From IMG/VR virus record IMGVR_UViG_3300042334_002614, positions 1 through 25,452 of that record: 25,452 nucleotides of DNA; one strand, given 5' to 3'. Both the position numbers and the translations under genes were made by a program. The number at the start of each line of letters is the position of its first letter. Positions within the stretch are counted from its first letter, which is position 1. Origin of the DNA: a virus. Taxonomy: Duplodnaviria > Caudoviricetes. Positions 23,610 through 25,452 of the stretch are shown piece by piece. Below the pieces are notes generated by a model that worked only from the letters and a program-made list of their open reading frames with translations, did not search any database and was not told the DNA's origin.

Positions 23610-25397
23610 TTAAAAAACCATTTCAAATCTTAAATTTCCACAATCCCAAATTCTATCCATCCCAAGAATTTGAGCTATTTCCCATTCAGATACATTTGGA
23701 ATATTTAATATTTTTAATAATTTATTTTTATTAAACTTAAACCTATGATGTCTTTTTAAGTAGTCTCCTTTTTCAAAATACCAATATCTAGGTTTTATTT
23801 GATTTGTTAAAATAAATCCGTTTTTGTGGTAAACGGTTTTTTCATAATCTACTCCACTAAATCTACAATCAGAAAATGTTATTATTTTCTTTGGTTGGTA
23901 ATTATTTATAAAAAACTTTAATAATTTAGAAAATGCCCCTACAACACTATAATCTATTAATGAACAAAATCTTGTAAGCTCGTAAAAATTTTCACTATCT
24001 TCTTTGTTGCCCATAGATTTCCTTAACTTAATAAAAGTCATAACTGATACTAATTTGTCATCATAATATAAACCAATTCTCACTTTATCTTTTGAATTGC
24101 CTTGTATGTGGTTATCGTTTAGAAATTTAGTTTTATCTAACAGCGAAACATCTCTTATACTACATTTTCTAGCATATAACTTGTTGTCTATAAAACCTAA
24201 CTTGTTTTTAATCATAGACATTAATATATCTTTTTTAAAAATTATCTCATCTTCAAATATATGAATCAAATCAATATTCTGTTTGTTACATAAATTTGTT
24301 TTATTTATGTGGTAATCTTTTGTTTTATCACCTCCAATTTCTGAATGATAATAATTTCCATTTAATTCTAAAGCTATTTTTTTTTCTGGAAAATAAAAGT
24401 CTAATTCAAAAGGTTTTATTTCTGTTTTTGTATTTTCTTTGAATGATATATCTATATTTTTAAAATATTCAGCAAATTCTATCTGATGTTTGTTGTTTTT
24501 ATACATCGGATAACACGATCTACATATTGGAGGTCTATGGTTTGAAAAAGTGCCAAAATATTTATGGTTGCATTTTTTACACCTAAATTCATATTCATTA
24601 TAAACGTTTCCGACTCTTAATCCTTCATATTTGCTTATTAATTCTATTTCCATGGTTTCCATCTTATCAAAAATTATAGTATCATCAAAATTATCGTAAT
24701 ACGTTTGCTTTATTTTTTCTATAATTTTATGATTTTGAGAAGGGTTTTTAAAACCATATACATTTAAGTTTGTATTTTGAAATTTGTTTAATATTTCTTT
24801 ATTTTGTAGTGGATGTAAAACTCCGTAATTTTTAAATAAAGTTTTTTTTTGCTTTTCTTGATATTTAACAAGCATCATAGCGTGATTTACGCCATAATCC
24901 TTATTCATTGTCTCTTTTGCTTTTATTCTATTATTATAGTTCTCATCTCCGTATTTTTCTTTCTTTGTCTTTTTTGATTTGTCTAAATTATTATAGTTCT
25001 CATCTCCATATTTTTCTTTCTTTGTCTGTTTTGATTTGTCTAAATTATTATAGTTCTCATCTCCGTATTTTTCTATTTTTGTTTGTTTTGATTTGTTTTT
25101 AATAAAATCCAATTCAAAAATATTTTCTGTACCAAATTTTTCCTTCAAAGAATTTAAAGACTTTTCAATTCTTATTTTTTTATTTTCAGGTAACAAAGCA
25201 TAAGATTTTCTACATTCATCTGAGCACATTGTTTTTTTAGTGCTTTTTTTCACCTCAAAACTTAAATTACACTGAATGCAGACTCTATATTCCCTATTGT
25301 TTTTCTTTTTAAACTCATCAGAACATTTTCTAGAACAAGTCTTTTGTTCTTTTGGTTTTTCAAACTCAGAATTACAATTGATACATTTTAATTTCAT
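23610..25397 (-). CDS. Free-standing endonuclease-like protein (Zn fingers, KYG repeats, PD-(D/E)xK/Vsr-like domain, Hef-like C-terminal region)
   Basis: CINC-CSRKC, CIQC-CSDEC, EKYGDENYNN repeats, CKKC-CRSC, ELDFYFPEKKIALELNGNYYHS-HINKT-LIHIFEDE, YARKC-FLNDNHIQG-YELTRFC-GAFSKLL-FSDCRFS-RIWDCG. Confidence 0.75.
   Translation of the reverse strand: MKLKCINCNSEFEKPKEQKTCSRKCSDEFKKKNNREYRVCIQCNLSFEVKKSTKKTMCSDECRKSYALLPENKKIRIEKSLNSLKEKFGTENIFELDFIKNKSKQTKIEKYGDENYNNLDKSKQTKKEKYGDENYNNLDKSKKTKKEKYGDENYNNRIKAKETMNKDYGVNHAMMLVKYQEKQKKTLFKNYGVLHPLQNKEILNKFQNTNLNVYGFKNPSQNHKIIEKIKQTYYDNFDDTIIFDKMETMEIELISKYEGLRVGNVYNEYEFRCKKCNHKYFGTFSNHRPPICRSCYPMYKNNKHQIEFAEYFKNIDISFKENTKTEIKPFELDFYFPEKKIALELNGNYYHSEIGGDKTKDYHINKTNLCNKQNIDLIHIFEDEIIFKKDILMSMIKNKLGFIDNKLYARKCSIRDVSLLDKTKFLNDNHIQGNSKDKVRIGLYYDDKLVSVMTFIKLRKSMGNKEDSENFYELTRFCSLIDYSVVGAFSKLLKFFINNYQPKKIITFSDCRFSGVDYEKTVYHKNGFILTNQIKPRYWYFEKGDYLKRHHRFKFNKNKLLKILNIPNVSEWEIAQILGMDRIWDCGNLRFEMVF
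24930..25096. repeat. 57-bp coding tandem repeat, about 2.9 copies (19-aa unit KSKQTKKEKYGDENYNNLD)
   Basis: Units start at 24930, 24987 and 25044 with ATTATTATAGTTCTCATCTCC and are near identical. Confidence 0.9.
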
Positions 25398-25452
25398 ATT
25401 ATTTCAAATTAAAGCTACAACAGTAGCTGTATTTAAAGGTAAATATACAAAT

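Noticed and set aside
24908-25102. 64-aa repeat ORF and possible CRISPR array
   Set aside because: The 57-bp units are contiguous with no unique spacers and are in frame in the minus-strand gene, so this is a coding tandem repeat.
1-25452. Stop-codon reassignment
   Set aside because: Long genes are intact in the standard code, and TAA, TAG and TGA all end genes at sensible positions. The dnaE break is a TAA after a complete N-intein.
1-25452. tRNA, rRNA or group I intron
   Set aside because: Intergenic gaps are short and AT-rich with no recognisable cloverleaf or intron core. All insertions in portal and terminase are in-frame inteins.

Overview
AT-rich segment of a large tailed dsDNA phage with T4-like (myovirus-type) virion genes, read in the standard genetic code and mostly on the minus strand. 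A Bacteroidota host is suggested by a TAnnTTTG -7 promoter element, AT-rich starts without obvious Shine-Dalgarno sites and an Hc1-like gene. From right to left it holds a free-standing endonuclease with 57-bp repeats, fibre/structural genes, a GIY-YIG endonuclease, an opposite-strand block (tail tube, hypothetical, BppU-like), a fibre/LamG/discoidin cluster containing a GH19 lysin, terminase large subunit with two LAGLIDADG inteins, portal with an HNH intein, an Hc1-like gene, the N-half of a split dnaE ending in an N-intein, and an endonuclease-like ORF (absent from the ORF track) that runs off the left edge. About 7.25 kb (~28%) is intein or endonuclease DNA. The most striking unexplained signal is that two free-standing endonuclease genes each have, just upstream of a promoter motif and hairpin, a short degenerate copy of a conserved coding motif of the neighbouring gene (dnaE PGRG-C, inverted; fibre C-terminal DGG-x-aromatic-stop, direct). 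The copy uses A/T-ending Gly/Arg codons, while the resident gene uses G-rich synonymous codons. This may be a target-site copy acting as operator or guide, paired with a recoded immune allele. All functional calls come from motif recognition only; no searches were run.
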